Shown in pieces: positions 26,601-42,800 of a stretch of DNA of 64,000 bases (its first letter is position 1; every line of letters starts with the position of its first letter). A model generated the notes under the pieces. It had not been told where the DNA came from, searched no databases, and saw only the letters and a program-made list of their open reading frames with translations. The DNA comes from the human T2T-CHM13v2.0 reference genome, Homo sapiens, in NCBI RefSeq assembly GCF_009914755.1, contig NC_060932.1, one strand, 5' to 3'. The translations under genes were made by a program, and so were the position numbers.

Positions 26601-29600
26601 CTTCATATAAAAACTAGACAGAAACTTTCTCAGAAACTACTTTGAGATGTGTGCATTGAACTCACAGAGTTTAACCTTCCTTTTGATAGAGCAGTTTTGA
26701 AACGCTCTTTTTGTAGAATTTGCAAGTGTATATTTAGAGATCTTTGGGGCCTATAGTAGAAACGGAAATATCTTCCCAAAAAACTAGACAGAAGCATTCT
26801 CAGAAACTACATTTGTGATGTTTGCATTCAACTCACGGAGTTGAACAATCATTTGATAGAGCTGTTTTGAAACACCCTTTTTGTGGAATCTGCAAGTGGA
26901 CATTTGGACCGCTTTGAGGCCTTCATTGGAAACGGGTATATCTTCACATAAAAACCAGACAGAAGGATTCCCAGAAACTTCTTTGTGATGTGTGCATTCA
27001 GCATACAGAATTGAACTTTTCTGTTGATAGAGCAGTTTGAAACACTCTTTTTGTAGAATCTGCAAGTGGATATGTGCCTGCCTTTGAGGCTTATGTTGGA
27101 AAAGGAAATTTCTAACTGGATATTTAGAGCACTTTGAACCCTATGGTAGAGAAGGAAATACCGTCATAGAAAAGCTACACTGAAGCATTCTCAGAAACTG
27201 CTTTGTGATGTTTGCATTCAATTCACAGAGTTGAACATTCCTTTTGATAGACCCGTTTTGTAACACTCTTTTTGTAGGATCTGCAAGTGGATATTTGGGC
27301 CTCTTTGAGGCCTTCTTCGGAAACGGGATTTCTTCATATAAAAACTAGACAGAAGAATTCTCAGAAACTTCTTTGTGATGTGTGCATTCCACTCACAGAG
27401 TTGAACCTTCCTTTCAATAGAGCAGTTTTGAAACAGTCTTTTTGTAGAATTTCCAAGTGGATATTTAAGGGGTTTGAGGCCTATGGTAGAAAAGGAAATA
27501 TCTTCATATAAATAGTAGACACAATGATTCTCAGAAACTTGTTTGTGATGTGTGCATTAAACTCACAGATTTTAACTTTCTTTTGAAGGAACAGTTTTGA
27601 AACACTCTTTTTGTAGAATTTGCAAGTGTGTATTTAGAGGGTTTTGAGGCCTATTTTACAAAAGGATATATCTTCACATAAAAACTAGACAGAAGCATTC
27701 TCCTAAACTACTTTGTGATGTGTGCGTTCAACACACAGAGTTTAACCTTTCTTTTGATGGAGCAGTTTTGAAACACACTTTTTGTAGAATTTCCAAGTGG
27801 ATATTTAGAGCTTTTTGAAGTCTATTGTAGAAAAGGAAATATCGTCATAGAAAAACAACATGGAAGCATTCTCAGAAACTGCTTTGTGATGTTTGCATTC
27901 AACTCACAGAATTGAACATTCCTCCTGATAAAGCAGTTTTGAAACACCCTTTTTGTTGAATCAGTAAGTGGATATTTGGACCTCCTTGAGGCATTCTTTG
28001 GAAACGGGAATTTCTTCACTTAAAAACTAGGCAGAAGAAATCTCAGAAACTTTTTGTAATGTGTGCATTAAACTCACAGATGTGAACCTTCCTTTTCATA
28101 GAGCAGTTTTGAAACACTCTTGTAGAATTTCCAAGTGGATGTTTGGTGCGCTTTGAAGCCTATGGTAGAAAAGGAAATATCTTCATAGAAAACTACACAG
28201 AAGCATTCTCACAAAGTATTTTGTGATGTTTGCATTCAACTCATAGAGTTGAACATTCCTCTTTATAGAGCAGTTTGAAGCACTTTTTTGTAGAATTTGC
28301 AAGTGGATGTTTGATTGCCTTTGATGCCTATGTTGGGAAAGGAATTATCTTCACATAAAAACTAGAAAGAAACATTCTCATAAACTTCTTTGTGATGAGT
28401 GCATTCAAATCAAGGAGTCGAACCTTCCTTTTGATAGAGCAGTTTTCAATCACTCTTTTGTAGAATCTCCATGTGGATATTTGGAGCGTTTTGAGGCCTT
28501 CTTTGGAAACGGGAATATCCTCACATAAAAAGTAGACAGAAGTATTCTCAGAAACTACTTTGTGATGTCTGCACTCATCTAACAGAATTGCAACTTCCTT
28601 TTGATAGAGCACTTTTGAAACACTCTTTCTGTTGAATTTGCAAGTGGACAATCAGAGCGCTTTGAGGCCTATGGTAGCAAAGGTAATATCTTCATAGAAA
28701 AACAACTACACAGAAGCATTCTCAGAAACTACTTTGTGAAATTTGCATTCGACTCACAGAGTTGAATGCGTCTTTTGATAGAGCAGTTTTGAAACACTGT
28801 TTTTGTAGAATATGCAAGTGGATATTTGGAACTCTTTGAGGCCTTCGTTGGAAACGGGAATTGCTTCAATTAAAAACTAGACAGAAGAATTTTCAGAAAC
28901 TACCTTGTGATGTCTGCACTCAACGCACAGTGTTCAACCTTCTGAAACACTCTTTTTGTAGAATTTGCAAGTGGATATTTAGAGCGTTTTGGGGCCTATG
29001 GTAGAAAAGGAATTACCTTCACCCAAAAACCACACAGAAGCATTCTGAGAAACTGCTTTGTGATGTTTGCATTCAACTCACAGATTTTAACTTTTCTTTT
29101 GATGGCGCAGTTTTGAAACACTCTTTGTAGAATTTTCAAGTGGATATTTAGATCGTTTTGAGGTGTAAGGTAGGAAAGGAAATATCTTCTTAGAAAAACT
29201 ACACAGAAGGATTCTCAGAAACTACTTTGTGATATTGGCATTTAACTCACAGAGTTGAACATTCCTTTTGATAGAGCAGTTGTGAAACACTTTTTGTAGA
29301 ATCTGCAAGTGGATATTGGGACATCTCTGAGGCCTTCATTGGAAACGGGAATTTCTTCATATAAAAACTAGACAGAAGAATTCTCAGAAACTTCTTTGTG
29401 ATGTGTGCATTCAATTCACAGAGTTGAACCTTCCTTTCAATAGAGCAGTTTTGAAACACTCTTCTTGTAGAATTTCCAAGTGGATATTTAGAGCAGTTAG
29501 AGGCCTATGGTACAAAAGGAAATGTCTTCAAATAAAAACAAGACAGAAGCATTCTCAGAAACTTCTTTGTGATGTGTGCATTCAACTCACAGAGTTGAAC

Positions 29601-30886
29601 CTTCGTTTCGATAGAGCAGTTTTGAAACACGCTTTTTATCGAATTCCCAGCTGGATATTTAGAGCGCTTTGAGGCCTATGGTAGAAAAGGAAATACCTTC
29701 ATAGAAAAACTACACAGAATCGTTCTCAGAAACTAATTTGTGAGGTTTGCATTCAACTCACAGAGTTGAACGTTCCTTTCATAGAGAAGTTTTGAATCAC
29801 TTTTTTGTTGTTGTTGTTGAATCTGCAAGTGGATATTTAGACCGCGTTGAGGCCTTCATTGGAAACCGGTTTATCTTCACATAAATACCAGACAGAAGCA
29901 TTCTCAGAACCTTCTTTGGGATGTGTGCATTCAACTCACAGAGGTGAAATTTTCTTTTGAAAGAGCAGTCTTGAAACACTATTTTTGTAGAATCTGCAAG
30001 TGGATACTTTATTCCCTTTGAGGCCTTTGTTGGAAAAGGAATTATCTTCACATAAAAATTAGAAAGAAACATTCTCGTATACTTCTTGGAGATGAGTGCA
30101 TTTAACTCACAGAGTTGAAGATTCCTTTTGATAGAGCAGATTTGAAACACTCTGTTTGTAAGTCTGCAAGTGGATATTTGGTTGGCTTTGAGGCCTTCTT
30201 TGGAAACGGTAATATCTTCACCTAAAAAGTAGACAGAGGTATTCTCAGAAACTTCTTGTGATGTCTGCACTCAACCCACAGAGTTGAACGGTCCTTTTGA
30301 TAGAGAGGATTTGAAACACTCTTTGTGTAGAATTTGCAAGAGGATAATTAGAGCGCTTTGAGGCCTATGTTAGAAAATGGAATATCTTCATAGAAAAATT
30401 ACACAGAAACATTCTCAGAAACTATTTTGGGATGTTTGTATTCAACTCAAGGAGTTATACATATCTTTTGATAGAGCAGATGTGAAACACTCTTTTTGTA
30501 GAATTTTCAAGTGGATATTTAGAGCGCTTTTATGCCTATGGTGGAAAAGGAAATATCTTCATAGAAAAATTACACAGAAGCATTCTCAGAAACTACTTTG
30601 GGATGTTTGCATTCAACTCATGGAGTTGAACATTCCTTTTTCATAGAGCAGTTTTGTAACACTCTTTTTGCAGAATCTGCAAGTGGATATTTGGACCTCT
30701 TTGAGTCCTTCGTTGGAAACGGGATTTCTTCATATAAAAACTAGACCAAAGAATTCTCAGAAACTTCTTTGTGAAGTGTGCATTCAACTCACAAGGATGA
30801 ACCTTCCTTTCAATAGAGCAGTTTTTAAACACTCTTTTTGTAGAATTTCCAAGTGGATATTTAGAGCGCTTTGAAGTCTATGGTAG

Positions 30887-33245
<2,359 letters not shown>

Positions 33246-36200
33246 AAAAACCAGACAGAATCATTCTCAGAAACTCCTTTGTGATGTGTGGGTTCAACTC
33301 ACAGAGTTTAACATTTCTTTCGATAGAATAGTTTTGAAGCACTCTGTTTGTAAAGTCTGCAAGTGAATATTTGACGCACTTTGAGGCCTTCTTTGGAAAA
33401 GGTAATATCTTCACATAAAAAGTAGACAGAAGTATTCTCAGAAACTTCTTTGTGATCTCTGCACTCCACTCAGAGATTTGAAACTTCCTTTTGATAGAGC
33501 AGTTTTGAAACACTATTTTTGTAGGATTTGAAAGTGAATATTTAGAGCGTTTTGGAGCCTATGTTGGAAAAGATAATATATTCATTCAAAAACTACACAG
33601 AAGCATTCTCAGAAACTACTTTGATGTTTGCATTCAACTCACAGAGTTGAACATTCCTTTTGATAGAGCAGTTTTGTAACACTTTCTTTGTAGAATCTGC
33701 AAGTGGATATTTTGACCTCTCTGAGGCCTTCGTTGGAAACGGGAATTTCTACGTATAAAAACTAGACAGAAGAATTCTCAGAAACTTCTTTGTGATGTGT
33801 GCATTCAATTCACAGAGTTGAACCTGACTTTCGATAGAGCAGTTCTGAAACACTCTTTCTGTAGAATTTCCAAGTGGATATTCAGAGTGGTTTGAGTCCT
33901 ATGGTAGAAAAGGAAATATCTTCATATAAAAATTAGACATTATCATTTTCAGAAACTACTTTGTGATGTGTGCATTCAACTCACAGATTTGAACCTTCCT
34001 TTTGATAGAGCAGTTTTGAAACACTCTTTTTGTAGAATTTGCAAGTGAATATTTAGAGGGCTTTGATGCCTATTGTAGAAAAGGAAATATCTTCATAGAA
34101 TAACTACACAGAAACATTCTCAGAAAGTAATTTGTGATGTTAGCATTCAACTCACAGAGTTGAACCTTCCTTTTGATAGAGCATTTTTTGAAACACTCTC
34201 TTTGTAATGGCTGCAAGTGGATATTTGGAGCAATTTGAGGTCTTCTTTGTAAATGAGAATATCTTCACGTAAAAAGTAGACAGAAGTATTCTGAGAAACT
34301 ACTTTGTGATGTTTGCACTCAACTCACAGTGCTGAAACTTCCTTTTGATAGAGCAGTTTTGAACCACTATTTTTGTAGAATTTCCAAGTGCATAGTTAGA
34401 GCACTTTGAGGCCTATGGTAGAAAAGGAAATATCTTCATAGAAAAACTACACAGAAGCATTCTCAGAAACTACTTTGTGATGTTTGCATTCAACTCAAAG
34501 AGTTGAAGATTCCTTTCGATAGGGCAGTTTTGTAACACTCTTTTTGTAGAATCTGCAAGTGGATATTTGGACCTTTTTGAGGACTTCGTTGGAAATGGGA
34601 TTTCTTCATATAAAAACTATACAGAAGAATTCTCAGAAACTTCTTTGTGATGTGTGCATTCAACTCACAGATATGAAACTTCCTTTCGATAGAGCAGTAT
34701 TGGAACACTCTTTTTGTAGCATTTCCGAGTGGATATTAACAGCGCTTTGAAGCCTGAGTTAGAAAAAAAAAATAACTTCATATAAAAACTAGACAGAATC
34801 ATTCTCAGAAACTACTTTGTGATGTGTGCGTTCAACACACGGCATTTAACCTTTCTTTTGATAAAGCAGTATTGCAACATTCTTTTTGTGGAATTTGCAG
34901 GTGGATATTTAGAGCGCTTGGAGTCCTTTGGTAGAATACGAAGTATTTTCATAAAAAAATGGCCAGAAGCATTCTCAGAAACTATTTTGTGATGTTTGTA
35001 TTCAACACGCAAGGCTGAACCAACCTTTTGATAGAGGAGTTTTGAAACACTCTTTTTGTGGAATCTGCAAGTGGATATTTTGTTCCCTTTGAAGCCTAAG
35101 TTGGAAAAGGAAATACCTTCACATAAAAACTAGAAAGAAACATTCTCATAAACTTCTTTGTGATGAGTGCATTCAACTCTCGGAGTTGAACCTTCCTTTT
35201 GATAGAGCAGTTTTGAAACACTTTGTAAAGTCTGCAAGTGGATATTTGGAGTGCTTTAAGGCCTTCTTTGGAAATGGGAGTACCTTCACATAAAAAGTAG
35301 AGAGAAGTATTTTCAGAAACTTCTTTGTGATGTCTGCACTCAAATCACAGATTTGAAACTTCCTTTTGATAGAGCAGTTTTGAAAAACTTCTTTTGTAGA
35401 TTTTGCAATTGGATAATTGGAGCGCTTTGAGGCCTATGGTATAAAAGGATATATCATCATAGAAAAACTACACGGAAGTATTCTCAGAAACTTCTTTGTG
35501 ATGTTTGCATTCAACTCACTGTGTTAAACATTCCTTTTTATAGAGCAGTTATGCAACAGTCTGTTTGTAGAATCTGCAAGTGGATATTTGGACCTCTTTG
35601 AGGCCTTCGTTGGAAATGGGAATTTCTTCACTTAAAAACTAGACAGGAGAAATCTCAGAAACTTTTTCTGATGTGTGCATTCAACTCACAGAGTTGAGCC
35701 TTCCTTTTGATAGAGCAGTTTTTAAACACTCTTTTTGTAGAATTTCCAAGTGGATATTTAGAGCACTTTGAGTCCTTTGGGAGAATAAGAAGTATTTTCA
35801 TAAAAAAAGTAGACCGAAACATTCTCAGAAACTATTTTGTGATGTTTGCATTCAACTCACAAAGTTGAACATTCCTTTTGATAAAGCAGTTTTGAAACAC
35901 TCTTTTTGTAGAAAATGCAAGTGGATATTTGGACCTCTTTGAGGCCTTCGTTAGAAACGGGAATTTCTCCAAAGGAAAACCAGACAGAAGAATTCTCAGA
36001 AACTTCTTTGGGATGTGGGCATTCAACTCACAGAGTTGAACCTTCCTTTTGATTGAGCAGTTTTGAAACACTCTATTTGTAGAATTTCCATGTGGATATT
36101 TAGAGCGCTTTGAAGCCTATGGTTGAAAAGGAAATATCTTCATATAAAAACTAGACAGAATCATTCTCAGAAACTACTTTGTGATGTGTGCATTCAACTC

Positions 36201-36590
36201 ACAGAGTTTAACCTTTCTTTTGGTATAGCAGTTTTGAACCCCTCTGTTTGTAAATCTGCAAGTGTATATTTGGAGCACTTTGATTCCTTCCTTGGAAACG
36301 GTAATATCTTCACATAAAAAGTATACAGAAGCATTCTCAGAAACTCCTTTGTGATGTCTGCACTCAACACAGAGTTGAACCTTCCTTTTGATAGAGCAGT
36401 TTTGAAACACTCTTTTGTGGAATTTGCAAATGGATATTTAGAGCGATTTTGGGTCTATGGTAGAAAAGGAAATATCTTCATAGAAAAACAACACAGAAGC
36501 ATTCTCAGAAACTAATTTCTGATGTTTCCATTCAACTCACAGAGCTGAATATTCGTTTGACAGAGCAGTTTTGAAACGCCCTTTTTGTGG

Positions 36591-39500
36591 AATCTGCAAG
36601 TGGATATTTGCAGTGCTTTGAGGACTGTGGTGAAAAGGAAATATCTTCACATAAAAACTAGACAGAAGAATTCTCAGACTATTTTTGGGAAGCATGCATT
36701 CAACTCACAGAGGTGAATATTTCTTTTGTAAGAGCAATTTTGTAACACTCTTTTTCTAGAATTGGCAATTGGATATTTAAAGCGCTTTGAGGCCTATGTT
36801 GAAAAAGAAAATATCTTCACATAAAAACAAGACAGAAGCATTCTCAGAAACTTCTTTGTGATGAGTGCATTCAACTCACAGACGTGAACGTTTCTTTGGA
36901 AAGAGGAGTTTAGAAACATTATTTTTGAAGAATCTGCAAGTGGATATTTGGAGCGCTTTGTGGACTATAGTGGAAAAGGAAATATCCACACATAAAAAAT
37001 TGACAGAAGCATTATCAGAAACTTCTTTGTGTTGTGTGCATTCAACTCACATAGTGGAACCTTTCCTTTGAGCAGTTTTGAAACACTCTTTTTCTAGAAT
37101 CTGCAAGTGGATATTTGGAGCGCTTTGAGGACTATGGTGGAAGTGGAAATATCCTCACATAAAAACTAGACAGAAAAATTTTCAGAAAATTTTTCGTGAT
37201 GTGTGCCTTCAACTCACAGGGTTGAGCCTTTCTTTTGATAGAGCAGTTTTGAAACCCTCCTTTTCTAGAATCTGCAAGTGAACATTTGGAGCGCTTTGAG
37301 GACTATTGTGGAAAAGGAAATGTCATCACATAAAAACTTGACAGAAGCATTCTCAGAAACTTCTTTATGATGTGTGCATTCAAACCACAGGGTTAAACAT
37401 TTCTTTTGATAGGGCAGTTTTGAAACAATCTTTTTCTAGAATCTGCAAGTGGATATTTGGAGCGCTATGATTCTTAAAGTGGAAATGGAAATATCTTCCC
37501 ATAAAAACTAGACAGAAGCATTGTCAGAAACTTCTTTTTGATGTGTGCATTCAATTCATAGATTTGAACCTTTCCTTTGATAGAGCAGTTTTGAATCCTT
37601 CTTTTTTTTAGAACCTGCAAGTGGATATTTGAAGTGCTTTGAGACCTATGGTGGAAAAGGAAATATGTTCACATATAAACTAGACAGAAATATTCTCAGA
37701 AAATTTTTCTGTTGTGTGCATTTAACTCAGAATTGAAACTTCCCTTTGATGGAGCAGTTTTGATACACTGTTTTTGTGGAATCTGCAAGTGGATATTTGG
37801 AGGGCTTTGAGGCCTATGTTGGAAAAGGAAATATCTTCACATGAAAACTAGAAAGAAGCATTCTCAGAAACTTTTTTGGGATGTGTGCATTCAAGTCACA
37901 GAGTTTAACATTTCTTTTGATAGAGCAGTTTTGAAAATCTCTTTTTCTATAATCTGTAAGAGGATATTTGCAGCGCTTTGAGGCCAATAGTGGAAAAGGA
38001 AATATATTCAAATAAAAACTAGACAGAACCATTCTCAGAAAATTCTTTGTGTGCATTTAACTCAGCATTGAACATTTCCTTTGAATGAGCAGTTTTGGTA
38101 TATTCTTTTTGTAGAATCTGCAAGTGGATATTTGGAGGGCTTTGAGGACTATGGTGGAAAAGGAAATATCTTCACATAAAAACTAGTAAGAAGCATTCTC
38201 AGAAAATACTTTGTGTTGTTTGCATTCAACTCACAGAGTTGAACCTTTCTATCTGTAGAACATTTTTGAAACACTCTTTTTCTAGAATCTGCAAGTGAAT
38301 ATTTGGAGCGCTTTGAGGCCTATGGTGGAAAAGGAAATATCTTTACGTAAAAACTAGACAGGAGAATTCTCAGGAACTTTGTGTTGTGTGCATTCTACTC
38401 ACAGAGTTGCATCTGTACTTTGATTGAGAAGTTTTGAAACACTCTTTTTGTAGAATCTGCAAGTGAAAATTTGGAGCGCTTTGAGGCCTATGGTGGAAAA
38501 GGAAATAACTTCATATAAAAACTAGACGGAAGCATTCTCAGAAACTTCTTTGTGATGTGTGCATTCATCTCACCGAGTTGAACCTTTCTTTTGTTAGGGC
38601 AGTTTTGAAGCAATCTTTTTTTTGAATCTGCAAGTGGATATTTGGAGTGTTTTGAGGCCTATGGTGGAAAAGGAAATATCCTCACATAAAAACTATACAG
38701 AAGCATTCTCGGAAACTTCTTTGTGTTGTGTGCATTTAACTCACAGAGTTGAAACTTTCCTTTGATGGAGCATTTTGAAACACTCTTTTTCTACACACTG
38801 CAAGTGGATATTTAGCAGGCTTTGAGGCCTATGTTGGAAAAATAAATATTTTCACTTAAAAACTAGACAGCAGCATTCTCAGAAACTTCTTTGTGATGTA
38901 TACATTCAACTCAGAGAGTTGAACCTTTCTTTTGATAGAGCAGTTTTGAAACACTCTTTATGTAGGATCTGCAAGTGGATATTTGGAGCACTTTGATTCC
39001 TATGGTGGAAAAGGAAGTACCTTCACATAAAAACTAGAGAGAAGCATTCTTAAAAACTTCTTTGTGTTGTGTGCATTCAACACACAGAGTTGAACCTTTC
39101 CTTGTTTGAGCAGTTTTGAAACAATCTTTTTGTAGCATCTGCAAGTGGATATTTGCAGCGCTTTGAGGCCGACGGTGGAAAAGGAAATACCCACACATAA
39201 AAACTAGACAGAAGCATTCTCAGAAACTTCTTTGGATGTGTGCATTCAACTCACAGAGTTGAACCTTTCTTGGGATAGAGCAGTTTTGAAACACTCTTTT
39301 TGTAGAATCTGAAAGTCAATATTTGGAACGCTTTGAGGCCTATGGTGGAAAAGGAAATATCTTCACATAAAAACTAGACAGAAGCAATCTCAGAAACTTC
39401 TTTGTGATGTGTGCTTTCAACTTGCAAAGATGAACCTTTCTTTTGATAGAGCAGTTTTGAAACACTCTTTTTCTAGAATCTGCAAGTTGTTATTTGGAAT

Positions 39501-39890
39501 GCCTTGAGGTTTATGGTAGAAAAAGAAATATCTTCACATAAAAACTAGACAGAAGCATTCTCAGAAACTTCTTTGTGATGAGTGCATTCACCTCACAGAT
39601 TTGAACCTTTCTTTTGATAGAGCAGTTTTGAAACACTCTTTTTGTAGAATCTGCAAGTGGATATTTGGAGCCCTTTGAGGACTATGGTGGAAAAGGAAAT
39701 ATCCTCACATAAAAATTAGACAGAAACATTCTCAGAAACTTCTTTGTGATGAGTGCATTCAACTCACAGTGCTGAACCTTTCTCTTGATAGAGCAGTTTT
39801 TAAACACTCTTTTTGTGGAATATGCAAGTGGATATTTGGAGTGCTTTGAGGCCGAGGTTTGAAAAGGAAATATCTTCACATAAAAAATAA
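36591..39890 (+). repeat. Monomeric A-type alpha satellite, SF4-like layer
   Basis: No CENP-B boxes. Uniform gaggcctatggtggaaaaggaaatatcttcacataaaaactagacagaagcattctcag, caactcacag and gatagagcag. Confidence 0.7.
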
Positions 39891-42800
39891 ATAGAAGAAT
39901 TCTGAGAAACTACTTTGTGATGTGTGCATTCATCTCACAGAGTTGAACATTTCTTTTGATTGAGCAGTTTAGAAACACTCTTTTTGTAGAATCTGCAAGT
40001 AGATATGTTCCTTTTCCAACATATTCCTCAAAGCGTTCCAAATGTCCACTTGCAGATATTCAGAGCGATTTGGGGCCCATGGTAGAAAAGGAATTATATT
40101 CACATAAAATCTAGACAGAAGCAATCTGAGAAACTTCTTTGTCATGTGTGCATTCATCTCACAATGTTTAAACTTTCTTTTGATTGAGCAGTTTTGAAAC
40201 TCTCTTTTTGTAGTATCTGTAAGTGGACATTTGATGCTCTCTGAGGCCGATGTTGGAAAAGGAAACGTCTTCACATAAAAACTAGATAGAAGCATTCTGA
40301 AAAACTGATTTGTGATGTGTGCATTCATCTCCCTGAGTTGAACCTTTCTTTTAAAGGACCAGTTTTGAAATAATCTTTTTGTAGAATATGCAAGTGTATA
40401 TTTGGAGTGCTTTGAGGCCTATGGTGGAAAAGGAAATATCTTCACATAAAAACTATACAGAAGTATTCTGAGAAACTTCTTTGTGATCTGTGTGGTCATC
40501 TCACAGATTTGAACCTTTGTTTTGATTGAGAAGTTTGGAAACACTCTTTTTGTAGAATCTGCAAGTGGACATTTAGAGCGCCTTATGGCCTATGGTAGAA
40601 AAGGAAATATCTCCACATAAATTCTAGACAGAGGAAATCTGAGAAACTTCTTTGTAATATGTGCCTTCCTCTCACAGAGTTAAACTTGTCTTTTGATGGA
40701 GCAGTTTTGAAAATCTCTTTTTGTAGAATCTGCAAGTGGACATTTGGAACGCTTTGAGGAATATGTTGGAAAAGGAAATATTGTCACATAAAAACTAGAG
40801 AGAAGAATTCTGAGAAACTTCCTCATTATATGTGCATTCATGTCACAGAGTTGGAGCTTTCTTTTGATTTTGCAGTTTGGAAAGAAACTTTTTATAGAAT
40901 CTGCAAGTGGACATTTGGAGTGCTTTGCGGCCTATGGTAGAAAAGGAAACATCTTCACATAAAATCTAGACAGAAACAATGAGAGAAACTTCTTTGTGAT
41001 GTGTGCATTTATCTCACAGAGTTAAACCTTTACTTTGAGCAGTTTTGAAACACTTTTTGTAGAATCTGCATGTGGACATTTGGAGCGCTTTGAAGCCTAT
41101 GGTGGAAAAACTATGGTGGAAATTTTCTTTGATTGAGCAGATTTGAAACTCTCTTTTGTAGAGTCTGCAAGTGGACATTTGGAGTGCTTTGGGGCCTACT
41201 GTGGAAAGGGAAATATCTTCACATAAAAACTTGACAGAAGAGTTCCGAGAAACCTCTTTGTTATGTGTGCGTTTATCTCACAGAGTTGAATCTTTCTTTT
41301 GATTGAGCAGTATGGAAACACTCTTTGTGTAGAATCTGTAAGTGGACATTTGGAGCGCTTTGCAGCCTGTGGTAGAAAAGGAAATATTTTCACATAAAAT
41401 CTAGACAGAAGCAATCTGAGAAACTTATTTGTGATGTGTGCTCTCATCTCACATAGTTAAACCTTTCTTTTGATTGAGCAGTTTTGAAACTCTGTTTTTG
41501 TAGAACCTGTAAGTGTACATTTGGAGCCCTTTTTGGCCTATGGTGGAAAAGGAAATTTCTTCACATAAAAACAAGACAGAAGAATTCTGAGAAACTTCTT
41601 CATGGTGTGTGCGTATATCTCAGAGAATACAACCTTTCTTTAAATTGAGCAGTTTGGAAACACTCTTTGTGTAGAATCTGCAGGTGGACATTTGGAAGGC
41701 TTTGCGGCCTATGGTGGAAAAGGAAATATCTTCACATAAAATCTACACCGAAGCAATCTGAGAAACTTCTTTGTGATGTGTTCATTCATCTCACAGAGTT
41801 AAACCTTTCTTTTGAGTGTGCAGTTTTGAAACTCACTTTTTGTAGAATCTGCAAGTGTACATTTGGAGCGCTTTGAGGCATATGGTGGAAAAGGATATAT
41901 CTTCACATAAAAACTAGGCAGAAAAATTCTTAGGAAGTCCTTTGTGATGTGTGCATTCGTCTCACAGAGTTGAACCTTTCTATTGATTGAGCCATTTGGA
42001 AACACTCTATTTGTTGAATCTGCTAGCAGACCTTTGGAGAGCTTTGCAGCCTAAGGTAGAAAAGGAAATATCATCACATAAAATCTAGACGTAAGGAATC
42101 TGAGAAACCCCTTGTAATGTGGGCATTCTTCTCACAGATGTAACTCTTTCTTTTGATTGAGAAGTTTTGAATCTCTCTTTTTGTAGAATCTGCAAGTGGA
42201 CATTTGGAGGGCTTTGAGACCTATTGTGGAAAGTAAATATCTTCATATAAAAACTTGACAGAAGCATTCTGTGAAAATTCTTTGTGATGTGTCCATTCAT
42301 CTCCCAGAGTTGAAACTTTCTTTTGAAAGACCAGTTTTGAAAAACTCTTCTTGTAGAATCTGCAAGTGCACATTTTGAGCACCTTGAGGGCTATGGTGGA
42401 AAAAGAAATATCTTCAAATAAAAACTAGACAGAAGAATTCTGAGAAACTTCTTTGTGATGTGTGCATTTATCTCACTGAGTTGAACCTTTCTTTTGAATG
42501 AGAAATTTGGAAACATTCTTTTTGTAGAATCTGCAAGTGAACATTTGGAGCCCTTTGCAACCTATGTTGGAAAAGGAAATATCTTCACATAAATTCTAGA
42601 CAGAAGCAATGTGAGAAACTTCTGTGTGATGTCTGCATTCATCTTACAGAGGTAAACCTTTCTTTTGATTGAGCAGTTTTGAAACTCTCTTTTTGTTGAA
42701 TCTGCAAGTGGACATTTGGAGCGTCTTGAGGCCTGTGATGGAAAAGAAAATATCATCACATAAAAACGAGACTGAAGAATTCTGAAAAACTTCTTTGCAA

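Noticed and set aside
29801-29820. (TTG)5 run and T-runs at ~23315 and ~56225
   Set aside because: Ordinary slippage expansions of monomer T-tracts.
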